The notes: generated by a model not told the origin, from the sequence alone. DNA of 64,000 nucleotides from a virus (IMGVR_UViG_2531839534_000003), one strand, 5' to 3'; counted from the first letter of the stretch, positions 54,883 to 64,000 are shown. Numbers and translations are program-made.

Positions 54883-56931
54883 TTGGAATTTAATACATAT
54901 TCTGATGTTGTCAAAAGTATCACAAAAGAATTTTGGGATCTTAATGGCGCTACGAATGGAAATATAACCGGGGATAACGGAAAAAAGCTAGCCGATTTTT
55001 ATTTATATTGGGGAAACTATCTTGAACCAACTCCGGCATTTTTAGCTTACCTCATGCAGCTTGTAGGAGGTATCGTTAAGGCCTTATATCTAATTTGTGT
55101 AAGTTTGGAACATGTTTTTAATAATATGTTTAAAGCATTTGGGTTATTTGGCTATTTAGGAGATCAGACAACTCTTTTTGGAAAATTGTTTTTTGGTTTT
55201 CAAGTTTTAGGAACAACTCTTTTTACGCTCATATTAGTAGTTAGTGCTATTACGGGTGTATTTTCAAAACCAGTAAAATATAAACATGTCATCACTAATT
55301 TTTTATTAGTAACTCTTGTGACCGCTGTTTTGCCTCTGGCCCTAACGACTATTTCTCAAACAGTCGCTCAAGATGCCCAATCAATTCAGACAATGTCAAC
55401 TGGTGACTCAAAAGAAAATTATTCCTCCTTGGCAATACAACCAATGAAAAATAATGTGGTTGATGTCAAAGTATTAATGGACAATGACTTTAATAAAGAG
55501 TTATTCCCGTTGGATAGTTTTGGTTTTATTAAACCATTAAAAGAAGGTTCTACTGCAGTCAATAATATAACGGATGATACGAAAAAAAGAGATACAACAA
55601 ACTTTGCAACTAAAATAGATTTTTCTGCAATGTATGGAGTATCTAATGAACAGTTATTAAAAGATTTGGAAAAGAAAAAGGAAGGTACGAAAGGACTTTT
55701 CCTTCATAAGCTAAATACAAATCAGGATGGTGTTGAAACAATAAATACTCATCGAGTAGTCGGTGGGCTAAATGCCTTTGAACCTGTTTATCTTCGTTAT
55801 AAAGTTAACTGGATAGGTATGATTGCTCAGTACCTTATCTTGATATCACTATTCATTGTCATGTCAATTAAGTTTGTTAAATCCGTTTTTGATATTTTTA
55901 TTGAATCACTTATATCTCCCATTCAAGGGTATAGTTCCCTCAACTCAAAAAAATACAAGGAATTATTACGAACAATAGGAGGAGGTCTTGCAGGTATTTT
56001 CTTTGAAATCGTCATTATGCGAATTACTTTGGAAATTTGTAGGGATCTCCCAACCTTATCTGTAACAGGTATTTCAAAACTTTCTGGAGGCTTCTTTGAT
56101 GGTCTCAACATGTGGGAACAATGTATTGCTGCATGTGTTGTCTATATTGCTTTATTTTTATCTGCAATGCAAGGTGTAACTATGATTGAACGTTGGCTTG
56201 GGGTTTCAACTGGTCATAACGAGACTGCACAACAATTGATAGGTGCTATGATGATGGGAAATGCTTTTGCGACAGGAGCTGGAGCTCTTGGCTCTGGGGC
56301 TTTGGCTCTTGCGACAGGAGGAACATCATTAGCTGCACAAGCTCCAGGAGCTATTGCAAGTGCTGGTAAACATGTTGCTAATAGTTTTGCGAATACTGCT
56401 GGTGGACTAAAAGGTATCTCTGACTCTATTAAAGATCAAGGCTTTGGCAATACTGTAAAAGGTGGGGTATCAAATGCTGTTGATCTTGCGACACTTATGG
56501 GTAATAAAGCTGGAGATAAAGTCGGCGGTGCAATGGATTCCTTAGATCAGAAAGCACAAGATGCTCATAGCTCGACCTATAATGCTTTGAAAAATAATGC
56601 TACAGTACCTGAGCCTGGCTGGGAGTCAGAAAACTTTGGACTAACTGGAGGAGAATATACACTTAATCCGAGTCATAATAATTATGGTGAAGATTTCTTC
56701 CCATCAGGAGGTGTTAGCGACCCTTCAGAGACTACAAGTCACTCAGTGGATACTACAGCACCAAAAGCACCAAAAATCGAACAGAAACAATCTCATCAGT
56801 CTACAAGTGGTTCCGAAATCAAGCGTTCCTTACAACAAATGAATTACATGCAACAACAAAGTCAACAGGCTGCTCAAAGAATGCAACAACCAAGTAGTGT
56901 AAAAGGAGTGGAAATTGATGAGGAAGAGTAG
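54883..56931 (+). CDS. VirB6-like polytopic conjugation membrane protein
   Basis: Multiple TMs around a large loop, Gly/Ala-rich cytoplasmic tail. Confidence 0.75.
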   Translation: MEFNTYSDVVKSITKEFWDLNGATNGNITGDNGKKLADFYLYWGNYLEPTPAFLAYLMQLVGGIVKALYLICVSLEHVFNNMFKAFGLFGYLGDQTTLFGKLFFGFQVLGTTLFTLILVVSAITGVFSKPVKYKHVITNFLLVTLVTAVLPLALTTISQTVAQDAQSIQTMSTGDSKENYSSLAIQPMKNNVVDVKVLMDNDFNKELFPLDSFGFIKPLKEGSTAVNNITDDTKKRDTTNFATKIDFSAMYGVSNEQLLKDLEKKKEGTKGLFLHKLNTNQDGVETINTHRVVGGLNAFEPVYLRYKVNWIGMIAQYLILISLFIVMSIKFVKSVFDIFIESLISPIQGYSSLNSKKYKELLRTIGGGLAGIFFEIVIMRITLEICRDLPTLSVTGISKLSGGFFDGLNMWEQCIAACVVYIALFLSAMQGVTMIERWLGVSTGHNETAQQLIGAMMMGNAFATGAGALGSGALALATGGTSLAAQAPGAIASAGKHVANSFANTAGGLKGISDSIKDQGFGNTVKGGVSNAVDLATLMGNKAGDKVGGAMDSLDQKAQDAHSSTYNALKNNATVPEPGWESENFGLTGGEYTLNPSHNNYGEDFFPSGGVSDPSETTSHSVDTTAPKAPKIEQKQSHQSTSGSEIKRSLQQMNYMQQQSQQAAQRMQQPSSVKGVEIDEEE

Positions 56932-56940
56932 GTCATTATC

Positions 56941-57219
56941 ATGGATTTTCAAGGAAAAGTAGTGGCAATAACTGGGAGCCTCAGACCCTTAGAAAGGTCA
57001 GAAGTTATTGAATTCATTAACGTGAAAGGTGGAACCTATCAAAACTATGTTTCTTCTCAGACAGATGTATTAATAATTGGCCACAGACAATTGACACTTT
57101 TTGAATTAGATCACTACTCAAAAAAATATGAAAAAGCAAAAATGTTAATCAATAATGGTCAGAACATTACCCTTATCGGTGAAGAAGACTTCTTTACATT
57201 TTTTCAAGAGTCCCTTTAG
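56941..57219 (+). CDS. Stand-alone BRCT-domain protein
   Basis: GKVVAITGSL..INVKGG..VSSQTDVLIIG..KYEKA..IGEEDF. Confidence 0.85.
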   Translation: MDFQGKVVAITGSLRPLERSEVIEFINVKGGTYQNYVSSQTDVLIIGHRQLTLFELDHYSKKYEKAKMLINNGQNITLIGEEDFFTFFQESL

Positions 57220-57240
57220 GGGACTCTTTTTTATGTCAAC

Positions 57241-57279
57241 TTACCCTTTAATGCGGTCCTACAATCTATATCATAGAAT
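57241..57279 (+). promoter_or_regulatory. Transfer-regulon promoter, copy 7 (follows terminator 57206-57232)
   Basis: TTA CCCTTTAATGC-N12-TAT-N4-TAGAAT. Confidence 0.78.
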
Positions 57280-57309
57280 AGATTTACTAACATAAAGGAG
57301 AAAAAACAT

Positions 57310-57612
57310 ATGAATGAAAAGTATGGTGTTCCAAGAGATATCTACGCTAAGGTAAAGATCATTGGTTTGTTTATTTCAGATATCGTATTAATTGGTGGTT
57401 CAGCTCTAATTGGAATAACTATAGCGCCAAAAATATTTCCGACGGATATGTGGCTTCAGATGTTCGCTTTTATTATATTGACTCCCATAATCACTTTGTT
57501 TTTGGTCTTGCCTAACAATGGTGGCAAGAGGAACTGGCAATGTATGTATCTTTATTTTCGCAGAAAAAGAAGACGATATATCAGTATTAATCCTAAATAT
57601 GGAGGAAACTAA
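57310..57612 (+). CDS. VirB3-like 2-TM protein (DUF5592-like)
   Basis: YGVPRDI start, two TMs, basic tail; upstream of VirB4. Confidence 0.65.
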   Translation: MNEKYGVPRDIYAKVKIIGLFISDIVLIGGSALIGITIAPKIFPTDMWLQMFAFIILTPIITLFLVLPNNGGKRNWQCMYLYFRRKRRRYISINPKYGGN

Positions 57613-57614
57613 TA

Positions 57615-58262
57615 ATGGCATTTAAACGAAAAGAAACAGTAATCCCCAGTAGCACACTTCGTATTTCAAAAGAAAAGAAGAAGTTATATAATCAAGACTT
57701 TTTTGATCTGACGTCAAGTGTTGAATTACTTGATGTAAAATCTATTCTAAATACGAAGGATGAACATATCTCACTTGTAGATTATGGTTATCTTCAGTTG
57801 TTAGAAATACCAGGAAAAGACTTGGGTTCACTAAGCCATAATGAAATCTTACGAACCATTTATAATTTTGAAAAATGGCTCACAGATTTTAATAGTAATA
57901 TCCAAATTGAGACAACCACATTACCAACCAACACTGATAGTCAGATTGCTGACATGAAACGTTGGCTGTCAATCGTACGAGAAAAGAAATCTTTAGCTGA
58001 GATTGGAAGTCGTTATTATAATCAATTAGATGATAGAGAAGCACGTTTATTGGATAGTATTCAAACGGAAGAAAATATCCAAAAAGAGATCTATAATGCT
58101 GAGTTTATTCTTTGGCTCTTTGCGCCAACGACAACGGAGTTGGATGACCTTGTGAGAAGGGCTCAAAGCTATGGTAATAATGATTTTGTCCCACAAAAGA
58201 TTTCAAGGCGTAAAAAAGAACAAATTCTTAAGCAATATAACAACATGAATGAAAAAATTTAG
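57615..58262 (+). CDS. Conjugation protein (TrsD-like) preceding VirB4
   Basis: 215 aa; synteny. Confidence 0.55.
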   Translation: MAFKRKETVIPSSTLRISKEKKKLYNQDFFDLTSSVELLDVKSILNTKDEHISLVDYGYLQLLEIPGKDLGSLSHNEILRTIYNFEKWLTDFNSNIQIETTTLPTNTDSQIADMKRWLSIVREKKSLAEIGSRYYNQLDDREARLLDSIQTEENIQKEIYNAEFILWLFAPTTTELDDLVRRAQSYGNNDFVPQKISRRKKEQILKQYNNMNEKI

Positions 58263-58270
58263 GAGATAAT

Positions 58271-60220
58271 ATGCCAGATTTATCAAAGAAAAAGCAACGT
58301 CAATTAAGAGCTGACGGTTACGACTTAGAATTTATTAGTAAAATACAACCACAAGGGAATGTTGATTTTGAAAAGCATGATCGTTATTGGACAAGCGGTG
58401 ATGGGTACCATACAGTGCTTCACTATTATGAATACCCTTCCAAAGATTTAGATCGTTTTTGGTTATCCGACTTACTACAAATACCAGGAACTAGGGCTTT
58501 CTTAGCCAGTTATCGGGAAAACAATTCGGTTTTAAAAAGTGTTATTGCTGACTCCATTGAGGAGAAGTCTACACGTATAACAGGTAATAGTAAAATTACT
58601 GCTAACCAAAAAGAACTTGATGAGATTCAAGATCTCCAAGAATTAAATAGAGATATTACCAAAAAGAATATTACGATGCTTGGCTTCTATATTCGAGTCT
58701 TTGTCTCTGCATCAACCAAAGAGCAATTATTCAAAAAAGTTGATGAAATAAAGGATAAAACATCAAGCTATAAATCAACAATTCTTTCAGGTGAATTAGA
58801 TTTTGAGTATCACTCTACCTTTATCCCCGCAGAGTATCAAGTTGATCAGTTAAATCATCGACGTGGGATGCCTATAAGAGCTCATGATCTAGCAGGAGGA
58901 TATTTCTTTAATCATACTAAATTGGAAGATGAAAGAGGCTCCTACATGGGGTGGACGCCCACTGGAGGTGCTGTTAATTTCAATTTTCTTGAAAGAGATG
59001 ATCGACGTACACGTTCTTTTATGCTTTTGTCCGGAAATCCGAAAATGGGGCAAAGAACATTTCTCTTAAAGCATACAGATGCCCTTTATGCTAAAGGAAA
59101 TTTTATACGTAATTTTGATGCAAACGGAAGTTTTACAAATCAGACCAATCAACAATTTGGCCAAGTGTTAGACCTTTCAGGTGGTAATAATAGGATTAAT
59201 ATCTTACAGATTTTTCCTACAGTAACAGAACAAAACGGAATAGATGTTGATGAAGAGAAATCTTATAAACTTCATATTCAAAAGTTAAAAAACTTCCTAA
59301 AACTTTTGAATGAAGATATCACTAGCGATGACTTAACAACCTTTGGTCGAGTTCTCAATGAATTTTATATTGAGAATGATTTATGGTTTAGAAATCCTAC
59401 TCTACATAAACATGAGTTAAGAGCAACAAAATTAAACAGGGAAGAATATCCAATTATTTCAGATTTGGTTCTTTATTTAGCAGATTGGAAAGGACGCCTG
59501 GAGAGACAGAAAACTCCAAATAAAATTGAGCTAAAAGCTATTAACCGTATTTATAATACTTTTGATGAACTAATTACCTCTAATGGAGATATGTTTGAAG
59601 GGACGACTGAATTCAAAGACATCTCTTCAGAACAGGTCGTTACTTTTAATTTTGCGGGTCTAAAATCTTCCCCAAATCTCCTTAACGCTCAGATATTATC
59701 TGTTTTATCACTTGTTTCAGCTGATATTTTAAATAACAGTAAAAAATGTCAACAACTTCGACGAGAAAATCCATCTCTTTCTGAAATGGATATGTTGCAT
59801 TATATCGTTAATATCAGTGATGCTCAAACACTTATCAATCCAAAGTTTGAAAGTAGTGTTACATTACTTGCTGATATCATCGACTCAATGGGGGATAACT
59901 ATGCAGGTGTTGTACTATCTGTTAATTCTTTACAAGGATTATTGTTTGAAGAAGGAGCAGGTTCCCATAAAGACCCCTATATTTTAGCTGTGAAGCGAAT
60001 ATTCGGATTGATGCAGTATCGTGTTTTTGCTCAAACCGACGAAACGAGTATTCCTTTACTAGCAAATGCTTTAGCAGGATCAATGAATCAATCAGAATTG
60101 GAGACATTACCTAGATTATCTCGTGGTCAACTTTTTATGAATATCGCAGGTGTCGGTAATATTGTTTTTAATCAACAGCTACTTCAGAGTGAAAATGTAC
60201 GTTATGGTGGAATAGAATAG
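58271..60220 (+). CDS. virB4: VirB4-like ATPase-fold protein with degenerate Walker motifs
   Basis: YFFNHTKLEDERG..GWTPTGG..INILQI..LPRLSRGQ framework; Walker A position reads GNPKMGQRT. Confidence 0.78.
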   Translation: MPDLSKKKQRQLRADGYDLEFISKIQPQGNVDFEKHDRYWTSGDGYHTVLHYYEYPSKDLDRFWLSDLLQIPGTRAFLASYRENNSVLKSVIADSIEEKSTRITGNSKITANQKELDEIQDLQELNRDITKKNITMLGFYIRVFVSASTKEQLFKKVDEIKDKTSSYKSTILSGELDFEYHSTFIPAEYQVDQLNHRRGMPIRAHDLAGGYFFNHTKLEDERGSYMGWTPTGGAVNFNFLERDDRRTRSFMLLSGNPKMGQRTFLLKHTDALYAKGNFIRNFDANGSFTNQTNQQFGQVLDLSGGNNRINILQIFPTVTEQNGIDVDEEKSYKLHIQKLKNFLKLLNEDITSDDLTTFGRVLNEFYIENDLWFRNPTLHKHELRATKLNREEYPIISDLVLYLADWKGRLERQKTPNKIELKAINRIYNTFDELITSNGDMFEGTTEFKDISSEQVVTFNFAGLKSSPNLLNAQILSVLSLVSADILNNSKKCQQLRRENPSLSEMDMLHYIVNISDAQTLINPKFESSVTLLADIIDSMGDNYAGVVLSVNSLQGLLFEEGAGSHKDPYILAVKRIFGLMQYRVFAQTDETSIPLLANALAGSMNQSELETLPRLSRGQLFMNIAGVGNIVFNQQLLQSENVRYGGIE

Positions 60221-60232
60221 TGGAGAAAAAAC

Positions 60233-60499
60233 ATGAAAAATCAAAATTTAAATGATAACAAGTTAGGCTACTTCGAGAGAAAAAAACAAGCGGTTAAGGA
60301 ATATATTCTAATCCGAAAAATACGTGCTAAACAAGAACGTGAGTACTTTGCTTCTGAAGGAGATTCTGATCCTAAAAGGTTAGAGGCTCAGCGACAACGT
60401 GACATTGAGTTTCTTCAGAGCTTAAAAAAACTAGGTGTTTGTGTGATTATCTCCTTAATATTTTATGCTATTTTAAGAACCATCCTCGGCCTTTGGTAG
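60233..60499 (+). CDS. Small protein with C-terminal TM
   Basis: GGAG RBS; 88 aa. Confidence 0.65.
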   Translation: MKNQNLNDNKLGYFERKKQAVKEYILIRKIRAKQEREYFASEGDSDPKRLEAQRQRDIEFLQSLKKLGVCVIISLIFYAILRTILGLW

Positions 60500-60513
60500 A
60501 AGAGAGGTAGCAA

Positions 60514-61836
60514 GTGAAAAAAGTTAGTCAGTTTAAACTTTTTCTTGGACTCTCTGGCATTTTCTCAATTTTTGTTGTCATAGTGATGTTAGGAGCTGCA
60601 TTAACAGGGGCAATATCCAATAAGCCTAAAAGTGATTGTACGCCTGAAACAGCTGTTACAGCCCCTTCAAACGGTTCTGTCTCTTCAGCTAATACTTCGA
60701 TAGATTCGTTTGTAAAAGAACATCAAGATGCTTATATTAAGTCCTGGAAGGTAGGAGGATTTTTACCTTCAGCATCAATTGCTCAAACGATGATTGAAGT
60801 CTCATTTTCATCAAGTGTTCCTTCATTTGCACAAGCTCATAATATGGGTGGTGTTAAATGGTCTGGAGTAAGTTCATATACTAAGACTATTGAACTTTTT
60901 GGATCTGATGCTGTTAAAAGTAGTGGACCTGGAACTAGTGTTGGAGACAATACTGGAGGGGGATATACTTGGTTTAGAGATTTTGATGCAGGAATAGTCG
61001 GTAAAGCTGAATTTATGAGCCGTCAATCTCTCTACAATAAAGCAATTAATAATATTGATGGTGTCAGCACTCTAAGTGCGATTGCAGATGGTGGATGGGC
61101 AACTGATCCAAGTTATAAAGTCAAACTCATTGAGATCTATAATTCTTTAGGAAAGAAATATAAATGGTTAGATGAAAAGGCCATTGCGGAATATGGTGAG
61201 AAACCAGTAGATATAAATAAGTTAGATAAACCATCAAGTCAAACGTCAAGTGAAGATTCTATTTCTACTGTTAATGAAGTTGATCAAGAATGTAATGAAG
61301 AGAGTAGTACAGAGTCTGCTAGCGACGGAACGGGCTTAGTACCTTCAGATGCTAAAGCATGGGGTTATAAACCTGATGAACTACCAGCTAGTTTAAAAAA
61401 ATATGCTATTGATCCAACAAAACTTGGACTTAATTATGGTGGCGGAGCAGGCTGGGTTGAACACTCAGGACAATGTGTTGATTTAACTGAGAGTCTAGGT
61501 AATAAAATTTGGGGAGGAAGTGGCATTACTGTAGCGGATGGTTGGCAACAAGCTTATGCCTGGGCCAGAAAGTTTGGGAATGATGTTAAACACAAAGCTA
61601 AGGCAGGAGCAATTTTTTCTACGGGTATCTCAGCACCAGGTCATACAGGAATCGTATGTCATGTTTTCCAAGATGGTTCAGTTCTTGTTATTGAACAAAA
61701 CACTCCATTATCAGGAATTACTTATTATGGTAAAAGAGATACTTGGAATTATAGAATATTTTCTGTATCACAGCAAAAAGCGGATAATATGAAGTTTGCC
61801 TATCCTGATAATAAAAATCCTAAACTCGGTAATTAG
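60514..61836 (+). CDS. VirB1-like peptidoglycan hydrolase (glucosaminidase-like plus CHAP)
   Basis: N-terminal TM; AQTMIE..GWATDPSY; GQCVDL..GHTGIV..EQN. Confidence 0.85.
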   Translation: MKKVSQFKLFLGLSGIFSIFVVIVMLGAALTGAISNKPKSDCTPETAVTAPSNGSVSSANTSIDSFVKEHQDAYIKSWKVGGFLPSASIAQTMIEVSFSSSVPSFAQAHNMGGVKWSGVSSYTKTIELFGSDAVKSSGPGTSVGDNTGGGYTWFRDFDAGIVGKAEFMSRQSLYNKAINNIDGVSTLSAIADGGWATDPSYKVKLIEIYNSLGKKYKWLDEKAIAEYGEKPVDINKLDKPSSQTSSEDSISTVNEVDQECNEESSTESASDGTGLVPSDAKAWGYKPDELPASLKKYAIDPTKLGLNYGGGAGWVEHSGQCVDLTESLGNKIWGGSGITVADGWQQAYAWARKFGNDVKHKAKAGAIFSTGISAPGHTGIVCHVFQDGSVLVIEQNTPLSGITYYGKRDTWNYRIFSVSQQKADNMKFAYPDNKNPKLGN

Positions 61837-61847
61837 AAAGGTAAAGC

Positions 61848-62426
61848 ATGTTAAATTGGATTAAACAAAATAAAATTTTAACATTATTAACTCTTTTCTT
61901 GTTAGTAGCATCATTCTATGCTGTTTACAAGCAAATAGATAATTATAATCCACAAAGTAAAAAGCCAAAACACTTAGTGGTCAGAAAAAAAGGAGAAGAT
62001 ATGAAAGAGGAAACAACAAATGAAAAGAATTATCGTAAGGCAAAACTTAAACTAGAGCATCCTTATAGCCCTGTAAAAGAAGATATAAGAGCTTCAGCCT
62101 TGCCGATTGTTGAGAGTGCACTAAGTACCATTCAGAAGTCTAAAAAGGTAACTGACACTACAGGGACTTATGATAATCATTTATCGATGACTGATAATCC
62201 AATGATTCAAACAGTTGCAATTGCAATGCTTATTAACCACTATACTTACCAGGCAGATCGAATTGAGATTTTAGAATCAGATAGTGATGATGTGGTACAG
62301 GTTCTAATACCACTAACAAAACAAGGTGCTGATAATGTTTACTTTGTTGCAAATTATAATTTGACTGTTCAGCAGTTACAGATTGCCGATTATGTCGGTG
62401 GACCTATTGGTGGTACATTTGGATAA
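61848..62426 (+). CDS. Membrane-anchored conjugation protein
   Basis: N-terminal TM; last gene before terminator 62442-62473. Confidence 0.6.
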   Translation: MLNWIKQNKILTLLTLFLLVASFYAVYKQIDNYNPQSKKPKHLVVRKKGEDMKEETTNEKNYRKAKLKLEHPYSPVKEDIRASALPIVESALSTIQKSKKVTDTTGTYDNHLSMTDNPMIQTVAIAMLINHYTYQADRIEILESDSDDVVQVLIPLTKQGADNVYFVANYNLTVQQLQIADYVGGPIGGTFG

Positions 62427-62472
62427 TAAAAGGAGATGGAGAATAGCTAGTTATTGAACTGGCTATTTATTT

Positions 62473-62556
62473 TATGAATATATACATATACATGTTTACA
62501 AACATATTTAATTGTGTTATCATGTATATAGATATAAACATATACATGTATATAAA
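62473..62556 (+). repeat. TAWACAT heptad cluster overlapping parA promoter (parS-like)
   Basis: Direct and inverted TATACAT/TAAACAT units around TTTACA-17-TGnTATCAT (62495-62523). Confidence 0.7.
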
Positions 62557-62574
62557 ATAGAAAGAGGATCTGCT

Positions 62575-63372
62575 ATGAAGATTATGAGTTTTGAAGCAAT
62601 CAAAGGTGGTGTTGGTAAAACAACTTTAGCCTATAATTACGGTGAGTGGTTAGCTAGTCAAGGAAAGAAAGTATTATTCATTGATTTTGACTTTCAATGT
62701 AACCTGACTCAAACGTATAGAATTTATCAATCAGAAAATACAGTAGCTAATATCTTTGTAGGAGGTAAGGTGGATATTATTTCAATTAAAGAAAATATTG
62801 ATCTAATACCTGGTTATATGAAATTAGATCGTATTGAAAAAGATCTTAGTCAAGATGAAAACAAAAACATGTATATGTATATGTGGTTAGATGATAACTA
62901 TTACTCTCGTGATCTCGAAGCCTACGACTATATTATTTTTGATTGTAGACCAGATTTTTCAGTTGCGACAAAGAATGCGACTATTGTAAGTCACATAGTA
63001 TGGAGCCCACTAACACCTAGTAAGTACGGATATGAAGCAAAATACAATATTGAAACACAGATGAATGACTTAAAGGTAAAGGCCATTAATTTTTCAACTC
63101 GACAGAGTTATGTGACAGCAAAGTTAGTCTTTATTGCAAATATGGTTAAGCATAATACTAAATCATCTCGTGAACTAATCAAAATTTTAGAAGAAGATGA
63201 AAATATTGATTTGATTATTCCCTACAAGGAACTATTTAATACGTCGACACTTGAATATTTACCAATTTCGGATATGATGACTCTGAAGAAATACTCAGAG
63301 CATAAGAGTTTCTTTGATAAAATCAATAAAGTCTTTTCTCAGATGACTTCAACAATAGATAGATTAGTTTAA
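62575..63372 (+). CDS. parA: ParA-family partition ATPase
   Basis: IKGGVGKTT deviant Walker A, IDFDFQCN, FDCRP; AAAGAGG favours ATG 62575. Confidence 0.9.
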   Translation: MKIMSFEAIKGGVGKTTLAYNYGEWLASQGKKVLFIDFDFQCNLTQTYRIYQSENTVANIFVGGKVDIISIKENIDLIPGYMKLDRIEKDLSQDENKNMYMYMWLDDNYYSRDLEAYDYIIFDCRPDFSVATKNATIVSHIVWSPLTPSKYGYEAKYNIETQMNDLKVKAINFSTRQSYVTAKLVFIANMVKHNTKSSRELIKILEEDENIDLIIPYKELFNTSTLEYLPISDMMTLKKYSEHKSFFDKINKVFSQMTSTIDRLV

Positions 63373-63393
63373 GGATTTGTGATATAATATATT

Positions 63394-63416
63394 CATAAAC
63401 ATAAACATGTATATAT
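63394..63416 (+). repeat. TAWACAT heptads downstream of RHH gene promoter
   Basis: CATAAACATAAACATGTATATAT after TGnTATAAT (63380-63388). Confidence 0.65.
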
Positions 63417-63434
63417 CTATGAAAGGAATTTAGT

Positions 63435-63662
63435 ATGGCTTTTATAAAAGATCAAAGTGAAATGACCAAAACATTGAGAGAAACTCTCAATAAAGAAAAT
63501 AAAACAAAAATTCAAAATGATGAAGAGGCATTATTTGAGAGAAAGAAAAATTATCAATTTATGTTGAAACCATCAAATAGGGAAAAGCTACGACAATTGG
63601 CGACTGAATCAGGTAAACGTTCAGACTCTGCATTCTTAGATGATTTAATTGAAAATCTATAA
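63435..63662 (+). CDS. Small RHH partition/repressor protein (omega/ParG-like)
   Basis: After parA; C-terminal KKNYQFMLKPSNREKLRQLA..SDSAFLDDLI strand-helix-helix. Confidence 0.7.
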   Translation: MAFIKDQSEMTKTLRETLNKENKTKIQNDEEALFERKKNYQFMLKPSNREKLRQLATESGKRSDSAFLDDLIENL

Positions 63663-63691
63663 GTTTTAGTCATAAAGGAAGAAGGTTCGAA

Positions 63692-64000
63692 ATGGTTATT
63701 ATTAATTTCAAAACGTTATGGCGTTTAGTCGGTATTTTCTTAGCTTTAATGAGCTACCAATTGTTTTATGACAAATTTGGAATTGCTTTATCATTTATGT
63801 TAGTGTTAGGGGTATTAAGTTTAGTCTTCTATCCAAAAGCTTTAATTATTATTGGAGTATTTAGTACAGGAGTTTATTTCAGTAGAGGATTTTCATTTAT
63901 TCCCGAGCTACTCATTAATGGTGTGCTATTGTTGCCAATTACAGTACTTGCTTATGGATTCCTTCAAACAGAGATATCTAGATATAAAAAAAATCGTTGA
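63692..64000 (+). CDS. Small membrane protein
   Basis: 3-4 hydrophobic segments; stop at window end. Confidence 0.65.
   Translation: MVIINFKTLWRLVGIFLALMSYQLFYDKFGIALSFMLVLGVLSLVFYPKALIIIGVFSTGVYFSRGFSFIPELLINGVLLLPITVLAYGFLQTEISRYKKNR

Larger units (their letters stand above)
21600..64000 (+). mobile_element. Conjugative element (ICE or plasmid-like), TnGBS1/pLS20-type MOB-L, with Inc18 replicon; continues past window
   Basis: Rep, MobL relaxase, VirD4, VirB4-like, VirB1-like, LPxTG adhesins, topoisomerase, Clp ATPase, ParA; left boundary approximate. Confidence 0.9.

Noticed and set aside
62512-62574. N-terminal extension of ParA (CYHVYRYKHIHVY)
   Set aside because: Translation of the heptad-repeat promoter region; real start 62575.
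1-64000. CRISPR array, tRNA/rRNA, reverse transcriptase/DGR, integrase or IS transposase
   Set aside because: No regularly spaced repeat-spacer array, cloverleaf, RT or recombinase motifs seen by eye; a tRNAscan/CRISPR/HMM run would be needed to exclude them fully.

Overview
Two mobile elements sit back to back in a low-GC Firmicute, probably a Streptococcus (inferred from protein families). (1) 1-~21.5 kb is the late half of a siphovirus prophage: terminase C-terminus, portal, ClpP-type protease, HK97 capsid, neck, tail, CHAP+SLT tape measure, Dit/Tal, lysis cassette and GH25 endolysin. A moron region follows, holding an unannotated type I toxin-antitoxin locus, a 63-aa orphan and csbD. (2) ~21.6-64 kb (runs off the window) is a TnGBS1/pLS20-like conjugative element: Inc18-type Rep with its origin, putative oriT, MobL relaxase, primase/polyvalent protein, topoisomerase, Clp ATPase, three LPxTG proteins, SSB, VirD4/VirB2/B6/B4/B1-like genes and ParA plus an RHH protein. 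No integrase or transposase is in the window. The strongest unexplained signal is one promoter architecture, TTWCCCYTTAAHRC-N12-TAT-N4-TAnnnT, with identical spacing at 7 intergenic sites heading most transfer operons, which suggests a dedicated activator or alternative-sigma regulon. Other leads: a trans-acting antitoxin sRNA built from repeats, an ArdC-like ssDNA-binding domain in the relaxase, a VirB4 with degenerate Walker motifs, a short RNA plus terminator ahead of a GNAT-like orphan, and several beta-clamp-motif proteins. Family calls come from motif recognition by eye, not database searches.
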